The translations under genes were made by a program, and so were the position numbers. Shown here piece by piece: positions 50,034 through 63,299 of a DNA stretch of 64,000 nt (the stretch's first letter is position 1; each line of letters opens with the position of its first letter). The stretch is taken from assembly GCA_028534125.1 (NCBI GenBank), contig CM052817.1:108626001-108690000 (forward strand). Reading direction: 5' to 3'. A model generated the notes under the pieces. That model had not been told where the DNA came from, ran no database searches, and saw nothing but the letters and a program-made list of their open reading frames with translations. The stretch is from Lama glama (Eukaryota).

Positions 50034-51941
50034 AAAGCATTGTTTATGTAGAAACAAAAGTGTGACCACAAACACATAGCACATAGGAGACCTAGTCCTT
50101 ACAATGATTCTTTAAGAGAAGTGATATCTGGTCTAACAAAGACAGAGAGAGAGAGACTTTGTAAGTAACATTAAAGCAATGTTAGGTCTATTACACAACA
50201 CTGGAATTTAACCAATGTACTCAATTCAATATACCATTTTGTATATTTTTATGTATTATGTTATATACAATATAGAGCATATATATGTTGTAGTTGTATG
50301 TATATATTTTTAAAGTACAGATTGTATTAGATTTCAAGTAGGCCCCATACACAAAACTGTTTTTTTTAACAAAATCATTTTCTGGCACTAATCTGTCACA
50401 CCAACAACATTTCAGGATTCTTGAATATTTGGGTAATTGGATTAAAAATCAGTTTTTAAATTTTGTAACCAAATTTTTAGTGTCACAGAAGCACTAGGAA
50501 GAAAACATAGATTATATTGATAATAAACCAGTGTCACAAGCCTCAAATCCAGCTTTGGATACTTTGGACACTTGGGGCAATGATCACTGGCAGCCCATCC
50601 ATCTCCAAGATACATAAAATGACCTGCCAACCACAGATGTCATGGTGGGGCCTGGGTACCACTTGACATCAGAATGGCAGGTGTGTACTAACTGTGACTC
50701 TCAGGACACAATAGGAGTGGCACCAAAACCTCCTAGAGCTATTTCTACAAGAAACAAAAACAAAAATAAAATGCAGTGGGACACTCTGATGTTTAACTGC
50801 ACTATTGATAAATTACTCCAAAAAATTCTCTCTAGCATGCTTCATCCAGCAAATGTGATGGGAAACAAGACAAGCAGTCTACAAAGATTGTGCTCATCCT
50901 TGTCATCTATCTAGAGCTGCTTGGGTTTATCATTTAGGTTTCTTTGGCCCCTCCGTAGGGATTTGTGTTCCAAAGAGGAAAGCAGAACACACTCTTGGCT
51001 GTGTGGTACTCCCTTGGTGACAGTTTCCATCAAGACGAGCCTGATTCTCTGTGACCTGTCGCCCAAGTTCACCTTTTTGTTCCTACTGTAACTGGCTGAA
51101 AAATGCAAAGAAAGTGGTTGGTGAGGATGTTTGAGGCCCCTCCTTCTCTGGTGGAGAGCAGTCAGGAGATACACGACACCCAGGCAGGAAGAAAAGGTTT
51201 GAGACGCAGGTCAAAACACACCTCAAACGTCTTCTACTGTAGCGCACACTGACTTGACACGGTAATTGCCAAAAGCTTTCAAAGCCTAAAATGCTCTGAT
51301 TTTAGCAAATATCTAGAATTTCCTTTAAAAAGTTTAGCTGCCCCTGAAGCAGATACAGAGATGAACACTTCACGTCTATACGTTACCATCGGCACACGTT
51401 TAGTGACAACCCCGTGTTTCCAACCTATGTTAGTCTGGACAAAGGCAGAGAAGTGAAAAACCTCAGAAGTGTCTCCTGTCATTCCAGACATTTTTTGCTG
51501 ATAAAAAGTCAAAGAGGACCACTTCCAAGTTTGGAGAAATTGGCTGAGCCTCTGTAATTGGCAATCGGCAGCCGGTTTTCGCTCCTTCCCCCTGAACTGG
51601 GAGTCTGGCTTTTGAGCAGTAAACTCTTTGAAGTCCACGGGAGCTTGACCCACAGAGGGAATTGCGTCTGGGGAGGCTGGTCTTTGCTTTTTCACTTTTC
51701 CCCTCACGTTTTGTGAATGTTGAGTGTTGAAGTAATGTATATTCATGCGGCCACTTCTGCTTTGCTTCAAACTTTGACCAAAAGTCGCATCTTAGTGGTA
51801 TAATCCAGAGAAAGTAGTCACCTGTATACTTTCCAGAAACAAAAATAATTATTCTACTCAAATTAAAAACATGCATTATGCCTTAAGCAAATTGTGCTCC
51901 CATAAGTACTCTAAGCGCCTCATAGAACTGGAAAGTAAATG

Positions 51942-51944
<3 letters not shown>

Positions 51945-51993
<49 letters not shown>
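51945..51993. repeat. (AT)24 microsatellite
   Basis: Perfect AT dinucleotide run. Confidence 0.97.
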
Positions 51994-51994
<1 letters not shown>

Positions 51995-52631
51995 TTTAGA
52001 GGAATGATTCAGAAAAGCATTTCAACTGATTACTTTACCTCCTTGTCTCCGCCTGCCTCCCCCACACCCATTTTCTCTCTCTGTTTCTTTCTGTGTCTCT
52101 CTGTGTCTGTCTGTCTGTCTCTCTCTCCTAGTTATAAGACTTTAAGAAGCCGAATCATTTGGCCTCGAATTTTCCACATTAGTGTCTAGTCTAAAATGGA
52201 ATTTCTTTTGAAAGCTTAAGCAAAAGCTGTCTGGCTATTTGTGAGTTATGTGAACCTAGAAAAAATATGCTTCTCCAGTTATATATATAAAAAAAAAATA
52301 CTGTTAAGATTTTTCTTTTCGCTCGTGTAAGTTCAATGGCGCCAAAGCTATAAACTTCAGACTTGGAAAGACTGAAATCACATTGAGAAAAGAAAACGTA
52401 GCTGAATTCAATGAAAATCTTATAAATATTTTTATTCATTAATCTACAGGGCTTAAAGAAAAGCAATTTGCAAATACCTAGTAAAACGTCTGCCTACCGG
52501 TGTAAAAGGTCACTGAGTTCATTTCTTAGGGCAGTTACAGGGCATGTCTGTGTACACGTGCACCCCCCCAAAGTCTAGGGAAGTTAAGTAAAAAAGTGTT
52601 GCTATATTAAGGTAAGATTATTAAGAATTTA

Positions 52632-52860
52632 GATTGGGTGTTTGGGATTTGCAGATACACACTACTATATATAAAGTAGATAAACATTATGGACCTACTG
52701 TACAGCACAGGGAACTATATTCAATATCTTGTAATAACCTATAATGAAAAGGAATATGAAAATGAATATATGTATATATACCTGCATAACTGAATCAGTA
52801 TGCTGTACACCAGAAACCAACACAACATAGTAGACTGACTATAGTTCAATAAAAAAAGAG
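52632..52860 (+). mobile_element. L1 3' UTR terminus
   Basis: tttgggatttgcagatacacactactatatata...ctgtacagcacagggaactatattcaatatcttgtaataacctataatg...ttcaataaaaaa. Confidence 0.9.
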
Positions 52861-55474
52861 AAATCAGGGAATGATTAAGTGAATAATCCATGAATAACAT
52901 TAAATATAAGTAAATGCTGTATATACATGGAACATTTTTAACAAAACACTCAGATCATGTTTGGAGTACAGGTCAAGTTTTCTGATTCCTAATTCACGTG
53001 CATCACATGTTGTCCTGCGGTCCCCTCTCTCCAGATTAATCCAGCCCTGCTCCCTCCTCTCCCAGCCCTGGTCCCCACTCCAGGCACTTCAGCAGCCGCT
53101 CCGTGCACTCCAGAGCTGTGGTTCCAGATGCCGCAGGCATCACAGTTTGCAAGCACCGTCTACTTTATTAGTCCAGCTGATGCAATAACTAGCAGCTTTC
53201 CTGTAACTTTCAAAGAGAAGCATTGCCACCTTCTGTCTGCCCTCTGAGGTCTGAGTGACGGGGCTGGACTGTTTCTGGTCCCCAGTTCCCGTTTTTAGCA
53301 ACAGGAACTGGCTTTGGATTTATCACCCTTCTCCACATCCGTCTGCACTGTCCTGGACTGCAGGTCACTCCTTTACATCTCAACAGGTCTGAAGTGAGAC
53401 TCCAAGTGTGTTGTTCTTTCCTCCACTCAGTTTTCCTAGCATCTCGAGCCACGTCCTCTTCTGCCCAGATGAGCTTCTCAATCCCCTGGTCTTTCAGTTC
53501 CAACACCTCCTAAAACTCTGCTTCCACGGTTTCCCCAAGACTCGCCCCTCCCCTGACCCCCGTTTTGCCATCACAGACCGAGATCTCGTGTTCATGTCAC
53601 CTTCCCACCGCTGCTGCCTCCACACTGACCCCTCGATCCAGGTCTCCTCCTCCTGTCCCCACTCCAGTTCCACCTTGGTTTCCAAACACAACTCCATCTA
53701 CAGCAACTGACATACAGTTTCCCTGGTTATGACGTCCATATAACCACGTGATTAGAGTTCCCCTCTAAATCCTGGTCTGTAAACTCCAAATCTTATCCAC
53801 GGACTTAGTGCTGTGAAAAATAACAATCAGACACCTCTCTGCCCATTCCACCCTCTTTGCTTCTACATTACGATTACTATTCTCATGATGATGATGTTGA
53901 AGATTTTCCTCTCGGTTATTCCTTTAAGTGTATGTACAACACTTAAGTCTCCACACATTAGGCAACATCAGAGAGTGTTTCTTTGTTAGTATATGTGCTG
54001 CTGAAGCAAGTACAGAGAGTATTTCTTAAACACATGTTATGTCAGAAGAGGAAAAGGAAATCATGACTTCTGGGCAGCAGAACAGGTTACAAAACTTCCG
54101 CTTTTCATCCTGTGCCTCTCTGTACTGTCCTAGTAACTTGTCCTGGAATTGCTTGTGAAAGAAAAACAAACAAAAAGGAGATTTGATTGTGACATCCACT
54201 CTCCATGACTGTGATTTTCTCAGAGATGAGCTTTTCAGCCCTCCCATTATGTTGTCATTCATACCAACCTCTCCTCCCACCAGCGCCAAACCTCAGCTCC
54301 TAATTTGTTTTCCTGCTTTACACTGTCATTCCTACTGGTCTTCCAGCTCTTCCCAGACGCTGGTGGACTTGCCCAGAACTATGCCCTCACACTGCAAAGA
54401 GACTTTGCTCACCTGATGTGTGAATCTCACAGCTGCAACATCTAACCATCCACAGATTACTTACCTGGCATATCAGGATGCCCAGGTGCACTGCTTGATT
54501 TGTGAGCACAGCAATTTGTCAGAAAGGAGGTCACCTTTGCCAATCCTTGAGTTAAGGCACATTGAACTAACACCACACCTCCCAAAGGCAGATTCCCGTT
54601 CACTCTTCCCTGGCCTTGGCCCTGCCAACCACATTCCCTCCCACGGACACCTATCCCACTGACAGTCTTCAGGGTCAGACTACAAAACTTAGGACTTAGT
54701 GTTCAATGTCTTTGGTTTCTCCAGCTCCTCTTGGCTTGATTAGTTCCAAGTCAAAGAATTTTTTTGCTTCGTGAAGAAATTAAGTTCATGGAAAGGAGCC
54801 AATAAGCATTTTTATAAGTAATAATATGGTGGAACTCAAAGTTTTCAGTATAGTTCCTTTTAGCAGCACTCTTAAGCAAATGTATACATTTTATTTTTCC
54901 TGTAATTCAGCCATTTCAGTGGCCTTCTCGTTGCGAGGGGTGGGTGGAAGAGATTGCCTTTTATGTTTTATTCCCATGTTTAAATAAAAAGAAGTTTTCC
55001 TTTCACTACGTGTGTTTTTCAAAAGTGAACTTTCCATTTCGTGTTGAGGATGCCGGTGGTCAGACCAAGCCCCGTGGTCCCTGGGCAGGGCCCTGAGTTC
55101 TGGTCCCCACCCCACACAGCAGGCACTCGGCACTCAGCCCAGGCAGCCGGCTCCCGGAAGGTAAGCCCTTGGGCTGCCTGAAAAAAACAGCCAAAGAAAG
55201 AACCTCATGGCCAAGGAAAGAGAATATAGTATTTTGATCCATTTGAAAAATGCTTGCAGACGTTGACTGCAAAATAGGAGAAAAGGACAGTCTCTGAAAT
55301 TGCACAGAAGAAAAATGCAGGTGGAGGAAGCCACATTTTCCATTTTAGCAACCTAACCGATTCATCCCCCAAAGGGCGTTCACCATCAAATAGGAATATG
55401 GAGTTACCCAGGAAAGCTGATTGCATCCACCATCAGCACAAAGAGGCAGAATTCCTATATGAGCAAAATATCTT

Positions 55475-55628
55475 CTTCTTTTTTTTAAAAAATTTTTATT
55501 TAATTCTTTTTGGTGAAAGAGGTAATTCGGGTTTTTTTATTTATTTATTTTAATAGAAGCACTGGGGATTGAACCCAGGACCTTGTGCATGCCAGGCATG
55601 GACTCTACCACTGAGCTGTACCCTCCCC
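55475..55628 (-). mobile_element. tRNA-derived SINE (vic-1 type)
   Basis: gaggtaattcggg...actggggattgaacccaggaccttgtgcatgccaggcatggactctaccactgagctgtaccctcccc. Confidence 0.9.
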
Positions 55629-55999
55629 AACTTCATGCAAAACATTCTGCTGCAGAGCTGTGATCTGGTTGTTTTATAATCCCGAGGCCCCTCCCAGCTC
55701 TCATCACAGAGTCTGAAACACGGTCAGGGAATCTCAGTTTTAATCACTGCTGTAGGATCGCCGAGGAAGGAAGAAAAGGTGTCTGGTCGCAAGTTTCCTC
55801 TGCCTTCTGTGCTCCGTCGCCGCTGCATTGCCTTCATCCCTTCGCTCACGATGCCTTTTCCATTTCAGAGCCAATGAATGCGCGGTCCCCTCTGCCTGGA
55901 AGCCTCCACCTCCCGTGTCCAGAGCTGACCCAGACCACGCATCTCATGTCCTCACCCACCGGCTCCGCGAGAGCTCAGAGGGCCCACTGTCCCCGCACC

Positions 56000-56655
56000 G
56001 CGAAGACTGGGGGTGACGAGTGGGGGCCTGGGGGAAAGGCACAGAGGCAGCAGGTAACGAAATAACTCGAAGTGTGTCAGATGGCCCTCCGTGCTGTGGC
56101 AGCAGTAATGCTGGGTGGCGGGACGGAGCACTGAGACCGCAGGGATGGCTCACACAGAGCGGTCACGACACTGGAGGAAACACCTGCGGGGCGCGGGGAG
56201 GGGGGAGCCCCGCGTCTTGAAGGAAGAGCTTTCTAGGCGGAGAGAACAGTCGCAGAGACCGTGCAGGAGATGCCGCGTTTGAGGACGTGCAAGGACGGCA
56301 GATGGGCCGAGGGAGGGCAGGGAGGGAGCATCAGGGGCCACCCAGAGGGGACGGACCGGATGCCTGAGGGGGCTCCCAGGGGACCCTGCGAACAGCCTGA
56401 CTCGACTCTGAGTGAGACAGGAGTCATCAGGGGGCTTTGGGCTGAGAAGTGTCCTACCTGACTCCAGGGTCACCAGGATCCCTCGGGCTGCTGCGCTGGG
56501 AACAGGCCGCAGGTGGGAGGGAGACGAGGGTGAGCATCCACGTGAAAGATGGCGGTTTTGCCCGGAGCCGGCAGTGGTACCACGGTGGTGATTCTGGATA
56601 CTTTGAAGGTAGAGCCGAACAGGAGTGACTGAGCCATTGGATAGGTGCTCCAAAT
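56000..56655 (-). mobile_element. LINE2 remnant, strongly GC/CpG-enriched
   Basis: L2 motifs ctctgagtgagacaggagtcatcagggggctttgggctgagaagtg, aggatccctcgggctgctgcgctggg and gattctggatactttgaaggtagagccgaacagga. Confidence 0.7.
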
Positions 56656-57249
56656 TAAGTGTGCCATCCTCAAGAGAACCTGACAGCAGACCAGGTTAGG
56701 ACGTCCTTGTGTAACCCCCAGGGGACCTGACGCCTGTCCTTGTAAAGAATCAGCCCTTTTGTTGTTTGTCTTTATATCAGCGTACCTTCTCCTGCAACCC
56801 TGGCTGTTAAGGTCACGCCTTTTCCAAATGCTAAATAAATATTCTATGAAATTATTAAGGGAATGAAAAATCATGGCACTTGTACATTTCTTGATCTCCA
56901 CTTCTAATGCCCTCTTGCAGCTTGCTGGCTTGATAAACTCCTATTCCTCCATCAAAACCTAATGCAGAAATCACCTGAATCCTTCCTTTCCCATTTCCCA
57001 TAGCAGAGTTAATTCCTGCCACCCGGTTTTGTATCTTGTAATTTGCGTTTATTACCAAGTATAACAATTTACTTTTGTAGTATGTTAAAAAAATATTTCA
57101 ACAGATGTGCTCTTAGCCAACAAGGATATCAAAAAGCCAAGGGTTTGTGTTTCAACAATGTAATAAATGCTCCTAACACATCCTGGCTTCCAGAGTATGT
57201 GTTGTGCACACAGATGCCAGTAAAAGAGACTTTTAAAGATAAAGCAAAG

Positions 57250-57445
57250 ACTCTATGGAGTACTTACAATATGTCACATTCTATGTTAAGTATTTGTCTA
57301 AATGATCGCACTTACTTTCCACAAAACTCTAAGAATGAAAACAATTGTTATCCCATTCTTCAAACAAGGGAATCTAGGTAAAGGTCCTTGGCCAGTTTAC
57401 GCAGGGAGTAAATGCCATAGGCAAGACTTGTGTCCTAGGTCCAGA
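57250..57445 (-). mobile_element. MIR SINE remnant
   Basis: gagtacttacaatatgtcac...aattgttatcccattcttcaaacaagggaatc...tccttggccagtttacgcagggagtaaatg. Confidence 0.6.
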
Positions 57446-59204
57446 GACGATCACCAGACAAGCTCTGTGCGCTGCCCTCTTTCTGGTCACGTCCAGCCCC
57501 AGAACAGACAGGACATACGCAGGAGGCTAAATTTTAGGCTAAATCATATGTTCAGCAAGAATAGGAACTCAGACCCCAAACCTGAAACCCAAACTGACCA
57601 CATCCGTGTGAATCTCCCAGGAGTTTTCAGAAGTATTGGAGGCAGCACCTTTCCTAGGGGATGTGACAGGAGGCGCCTGAATCCATTTACTTTCATTTCC
57701 AAGAGAAAGTACCTTCTTCGAGAGACACACATGCTACAGTTATTTCCATGTCTATCTCTTCTCATCAACCTCACTCTCCCTGAAGGATGTGCTCTGCCTT
57801 TCCATTTTTATGACCCGCCACGCAGCAAATGCTTGTTTGATTTAATGAAAGAGACTCACTCAAATCTCCCTCCTCTCATGGGGGAGTCCAGTCAGACGTG
57901 AAGAGGTTAAATGACTAGACCACAAGCACAGGTAAATCTCAGCAGGAAAGCCGCACAGCCTCTGAGTCCCGGGCCAGTGCTTCACATCACAGCCACATTT
58001 AGAATCACAAAACAGTCACACACAAGAAAACTCAGACAGAGGAAGGAAGAAAGGAAAGGACGGTTCATTATCTTCTCTTCAAACTTTCGACAAACTCTAG
58101 ATGCTGGCTCAGTTACACGTCCTGTTTACTGCAGATACTCCTTCTTACAGGTACTGCCAAGTGTATGTCAAATCCTGAGTGGACGGTATTTCCATCCAGT
58201 AGTGCTTTTTAATATGGCCTCTGCCCTACACATTAAATTCTTCCATTCAAGGCTGACATCACATTGGGACAGTTTAGTCATTTGGACTCCAGGGACTGTT
58301 CCTTTCCCAAGGTGGGAGAGTAATAACCTTCAACACAAATGACCTTGCAAACCATTACCAAATATTTGTCAAGCACAGAACTTATAGCCAAGAAGTTCAA
58401 CTATAGACATATATGGTAAAAAGCAGTCATGGTAACAATAAAGTCAAGCAATAACCAGATTAACTGCAATGGATTCTCAACTATGAAGGTTTTTCAAATA
58501 CAGAGTTTCAAGTTCTGGTAGATTCCTAGAATGAACATATCTCACCAGTTATGGGCCCCCATTTCCAACACTGACTCCTTCACAAGCACAGGGCCCCCCA
58601 ATGCCTGACCCTTGCCCCCTGCTACCTCACATGCCCACACATGTTCTGTGAAATTTCTTCACCTGTGTTTTTAATTAATTGACCTGCAGTTGCATTGCCC
58701 TCAACGCTACATCTTTGCCTGAAACAAGTTAGACACTTTCTACAAATAATTACAGGCTGAATAAAGTTTAAGCATTAGTTCAGTGTGCTATCACTTCAGT
58801 GAAGACTTCTTGTCTTAATGTGTCTGGTCTGGTGATGATATGTTGAATGATAAATTTCTCTGTGTCCTCAGCTAACCTCTGAGACTTTTTTGGCTGCATC
58901 CCAGGGCCGTTCATCTCAATCATACATTCTTCAGTCAGATGTATCACATTTGTGTCTTCCAATAGGACAATTTGGGGAATAATCCTGAACATCTATTTTT
59001 CTGGAGTTACAGGCAGAGTCACTGAGGTCCTCGTGGGTTTGCCTAGCTATCTCAGGGGAATTCAGAACTGCCACTCCAGGACACATTTGAACAAGTCACG
59101 GCACCATGGCTCTTTGAGGCCAGCTGTTCTCTGATACTCTTTTTCCTCACCTCAAAGACATGGCAGTTCCACCCACACTTGATAACTCTATCCCCAAAAC
59201 ACAC

Positions 59205-59390
59205 CAGTAGCTTTGAAATCTTAAGGAAAATCATAATCACACAGGGAAGCCTATTAAATGCAGATTCCTGGTTCCAACCAGAGACCATCAAATCAAATGG
59301 TTTGGAATGATAAGAAATCTAAATTTTTTAAAAGCACCACGTATTTTTTGAGAAAGGTGGGCTTTGGATCACAAGTCTGTGAAACCACTG
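59205..59390. mobile_element. MER5-like hAT-Charlie non-autonomous DNA transposon
   Basis: About 186 bp, beginning cagtagcttt and ending gtgaaaccactg (degenerate TIRs). Internal aaatgcagattcctgg motif. Confidence 0.65.
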
Positions 59391-61459
59391 GCCTTCCATC
59401 TGTGATGCAGGTCGTTATGTTTTCATTAGTTTCACAGTACTGTTCCTGGGAGTGAAGGTGACCAATAAAGACCATCAGTAGAGACTCGGTGTAGCCTTCT
59501 CCTTCAAGTAGCTGGAAAGGAATGTTGAGGAGAATCCGTCTTTCAGTTAATCTACTGTTAGTCCCATTAGCATATGGACTGGCAATAACTTGTTTACTGC
59601 TATTCACTTCCTCATTTTAGATTTCATGCCCCTAATCAAGCCCTATCCCAGCAAGTAAAACATTTTAAAGGGCATTAATTTGCATGTTAAAGCCTGAAGA
59701 ATTATCACCATGTAGAATAAGCCACAAATAAAAATACATAGTAGACATATATTTCTCAGGAAGAAAAGTAAGTCTAAAATCATAAGACATTGGGAAAACA
59801 TTATGCAACAATTTGACCTTTCCCTCAGATGATATCCTGACCTCAATTTTATTCTCTCTGATTAAAACTAGTGTCTTCTTGAAAGCTTATTTTCTGCTCT
59901 CCTGTTCTCTCCAAGTTGTTAGGTCAAGAGATAAACAATGAGACAAAGGGGAATGTCTTCAGGACTGAGATGCACGTCACATCTTCCAAGAAACTCCAGA
60001 ATTTACTGAGTCTGCACGGTAGCTTTTGTGGTCTTTTCTGTGTGAAATCCAGACCTGTGTCAGCCTCCTAGGGTCTAAAGTGCGCCTTCCTTGAAAGCCC
60101 TCAAGATTTATTTCCCCTAGCTTTGAATGAGTGAAAATGTGTTCCATTGAAACTTCCTGAGAAGTAAGTGCATTTGCTATGGACCTTGTATTATTTATGG
60201 GTCCAATGAAAGTGTTTAGCACTTAATGATTCCCAGACTATTTCAACTTAAAAAAAAAGAAAAGAAAAAGAAACGAAGAAAAAATGGTAGAAGCTGAATG
60301 TTCTGAATGCTAAAAATAAAATACATGGTTTCTAAACACCTTACAAATAAATGAATGAATAAACTGCCTCCATGTTACGAACAGTTCTCACGACTGATGA
60401 CCTGCTCAGATGAGATGAAACCTGAGAGTAAGTGACAGAGAACAAGAGAGCCAGGCGGCCCTCTGAGTTCAAGTCTACGGCGATTAGCTCCAGTTTAATT
60501 GTCTTCCACTCCCTTAAAGTTCCCCCCAAATGCGAATACTCCCATGAAATCTCAGACCTTCGCTGCAGTCTGCCCACTTACCAACACTCCAAGAAGTAAC
60601 ATATTCTGCTCAACATCCAGTCAATTAGAAGCACCATGCATCACACACGGTAACTAATGGTAGTTTTTGAACAGCTACACGTATTTTTTGAAATTTATTA
60701 TAATTGGAGAAAAAAGAACTTTTATGCTTTTCACAAAATCATTTGGGGAAAAAAACCAAAACGTTGTTTTTCCTTACCAGATGCCACTGATTTAAAATGG
60801 TCTTCGGAATATTTATACGATAAAAGTGACAAATTACATGAGTATAACACTTGAATCTCTTTATTGCTAAAATTACGTTATTTCTGAACTATGGCTATTT
60901 CATACACATTCTGTTGAAGAATTTCATCATCTAAATATGTCCACAGAGGTAAAAAATATCAGGCTTAATTGTAATACTAAAGTTTCCATTTTATTAAACA
61001 GGAAAGCCGATAGAATTTACCCAATTACTTTGTCAAAATTGCTTAAGTTTCAAAGGAGTTAAGACAACAAAATTCTGGAGTATAATGTTACACTCCACAT
61101 TCTTTTCATTCCTTATTTTTTATTGCCCAAATTCAGAGAATTATAGAACTTTAAATGCACAGGCTAGAAGGGTTCAATATTTACTATTTGATAAGTGTCT
61201 GAAATGCAGTGAAAGCAAAACACACAGGATTTCTCTGGGGCTCTTTCTAGCTGTTGGCTTTACCAAAGCTTGGTTTTCATTCCTCTCACTGTTCCTTTCT
61301 GTATGCCTCCTCCACCTCTGGGACCTCATATCCAATGAGCGTCTCTGTATTCTAGCTCAGTTTCTTTCAAGGTTCTCAATCCAACAGCCTCTCCAGAAAT
61401 ACCCTCCCCAGACAGTAATGTATGGTCCAAAAGAACCTCTCCCTCCAGCTCTTCTGGTG

Positions 61460-61900
61460 CCAAATATCCTGATCAACTTGTTTAAGCAATTAGAGAATTT
61501 ATTAGCTGCTTTAGGGAAATCCACATGGTTGTATAACCTGTGTGCACAGTTGGATCCAGAATTTTGAATGATGTCATTAGGAACCTCCCTATCACATATA
61601 TCATTTATTTTTATATATATCATTTATTTTATCATTTATTATTTATTTTTAGGCAGGTTCTGTCCACGAAGAGCAAAAATGAACCTGGAAGGTTCTAGCT
61701 TTGTATGGTACAGTCTACAATCACGGAAGGAGGAGACCCTTTCTCTTTCAGCATATATATTTTTCCCAAAAGGGCCTAGATTAGTTCTGCTGGATTATGT
61801 GACCAAGCTAGACAGTCCTCAAGTTTACTAGGACTGGACTATGGTTAGTCAGCAAAGACTGACTTCCCACTCCTATGCACGGAAGACGTCATGATTGATA
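61460..61900 (-). mobile_element. Possible old MaLR LTR remnant
   Basis: cagttggatccagaattttgaatgatgtcattaggaac resembles an old MLT1 motif. Boundaries are uncertain. Confidence 0.35.
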
Positions 61901-62068
61901 ATGTACCATTTGAGTGAGTGGCAGTTCACAAAAGGAAAAGAAGGGCCATTCTTTTGTATCCACCAAGGACTGAATTCACCATATTAGAAGTGTTTTTATT
62001 CTTTAAGGATTCTTAATAGTAAAAATATTTTCTAATAGTATGACTGGGATGCTGAAAAAATTATTTTA

Positions 62069-62216
62069 GAGGGGATGGTAGAGCTCAGTGGTAGATCTCA
62101 TGCTTAGCATACATGAGGTCCTGGGTTCAGTCCCCAGTACCTCCGTTACAATGAATAAATAAACCTAATTACCTACCCCTCAAAACTAAAACTAAGTAAA
62201 AAATTTTAAGAAGAAG
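62069..62216 (+). mobile_element. tRNA-Ala-derived SINE (vic-1 type) with a 13-bp TSD
   Basis: ggggatggtagagctcagtggtag...gcttagcat...gggttcagtccccagtacctcc...taaacctaattacc. TSD aaaaattatttta at 62056 and 62217. Confidence 0.92.
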
Positions 62217-62873
62217 AAAAATTATTTTACTACAGGGTCCTTCCTGAATCCCCTTGAGGGTGACTCATCTTAACTTACTTTTTACTTTATGTCTGAGACA
62301 ACCTAGTTCCCAAGGTGTGCTACTCCCTGAAAATATATGTGCCTTTATTCCTTTCCAAAGGACACACAAGAAGTGAGTCAGCAGTCAAAGAACCAAAATA
62401 CACACGTATTCCTAATGGACATTGTAATCCCTACAGACAAATTTACTGAGAAGTCTGTCCCCAGTTCCTTTCTGCAGTGTTGTTATAAGTAAAATCATTC
62501 TCAGCAGATGTAGAATCACATTATTGTTGAAATAATCAGGTAAAAAGGAAAAGAAGTAGGAAGAGTAGATTTTATTTTCTCTCAGAATGTAACTCTTCAG
62601 TCTCAACTCTGATCCTCCTGATGAAAGATCATCTTAACTTAATTTGATAAAACTAGACAGAATCTTGGAATTATCTCCCATAAAATTACCCTCAAGGCCT
62701 CTTTGAACCTGATGTAGTTTATACTGTATTCATTTCTTTGGGTACCTATCTCTTCACTAAAGGTAATATATTCCTGATCTTTCAGACATGTGACATCAGT
62801 AATATCTTATCCAATTTTTTCTCCTAAAAGATTATGAAATTTGGCATTTAACTATTTAGAATCTTAGATTTAA

Positions 62874-62973
62874 NNNNNNNNNNNNNNNNNNNNNNNNNNN
62901 NNNNNNNNNNNNNNNNNNNNNNNNNNNNNNNNNNNNNNNNNNNNNNNNNNNNNNNNNNNNNNNNNNNNNNNNN
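62874..62973. other. Assembly gap (100 N)
   Basis: Run of exactly 100 N. Confidence 1.
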
Positions 62974-63038
62974 ATACTACCTTATTGATAAATTAGCTCA
63001 TTAAGCATGTATGTTAAGCTAGGATTAGAATGTGTTAC

Positions 63039-63202
63039 GGGGGGACGGTCTAGCTTAAGTGGTAGAGTGCATCCTTAACATACACAAGGTCCTGGGTTTA
63101 ATCCCCAGTACCTCCTCTAAAAACAAATAAATAAGTAAAACTTAATTATCTCCTCCTCCAAAATAAAAAATAAATTAAAAAAATTTTTTCAGAAAAAAAA
63201 AA
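63039..63202 (+). mobile_element. tRNA-derived SINE (vic-1 type)
   Basis: ggggacggtctagcttaagtggtagagtgc...ggtcctgggtttaatccccagtacctcc with an A tail and flanking gtgtta(c/t)ggg. Confidence 0.88.
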
Positions 63203-63299
63203 GTGTTATGGGCAGCTGAACACTCTCCAGCTGCTCCTGCCCCACCCTGTGGGTGACCTCAACCAGCACTGGCTCCCCTCCAAGCAGCACCCCCTCAGG

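Noticed and set aside
57302..57901. 199-aa ORF
   Set aside because: Starts within a MIR remnant, with no recognisable homology or coding-like composition.
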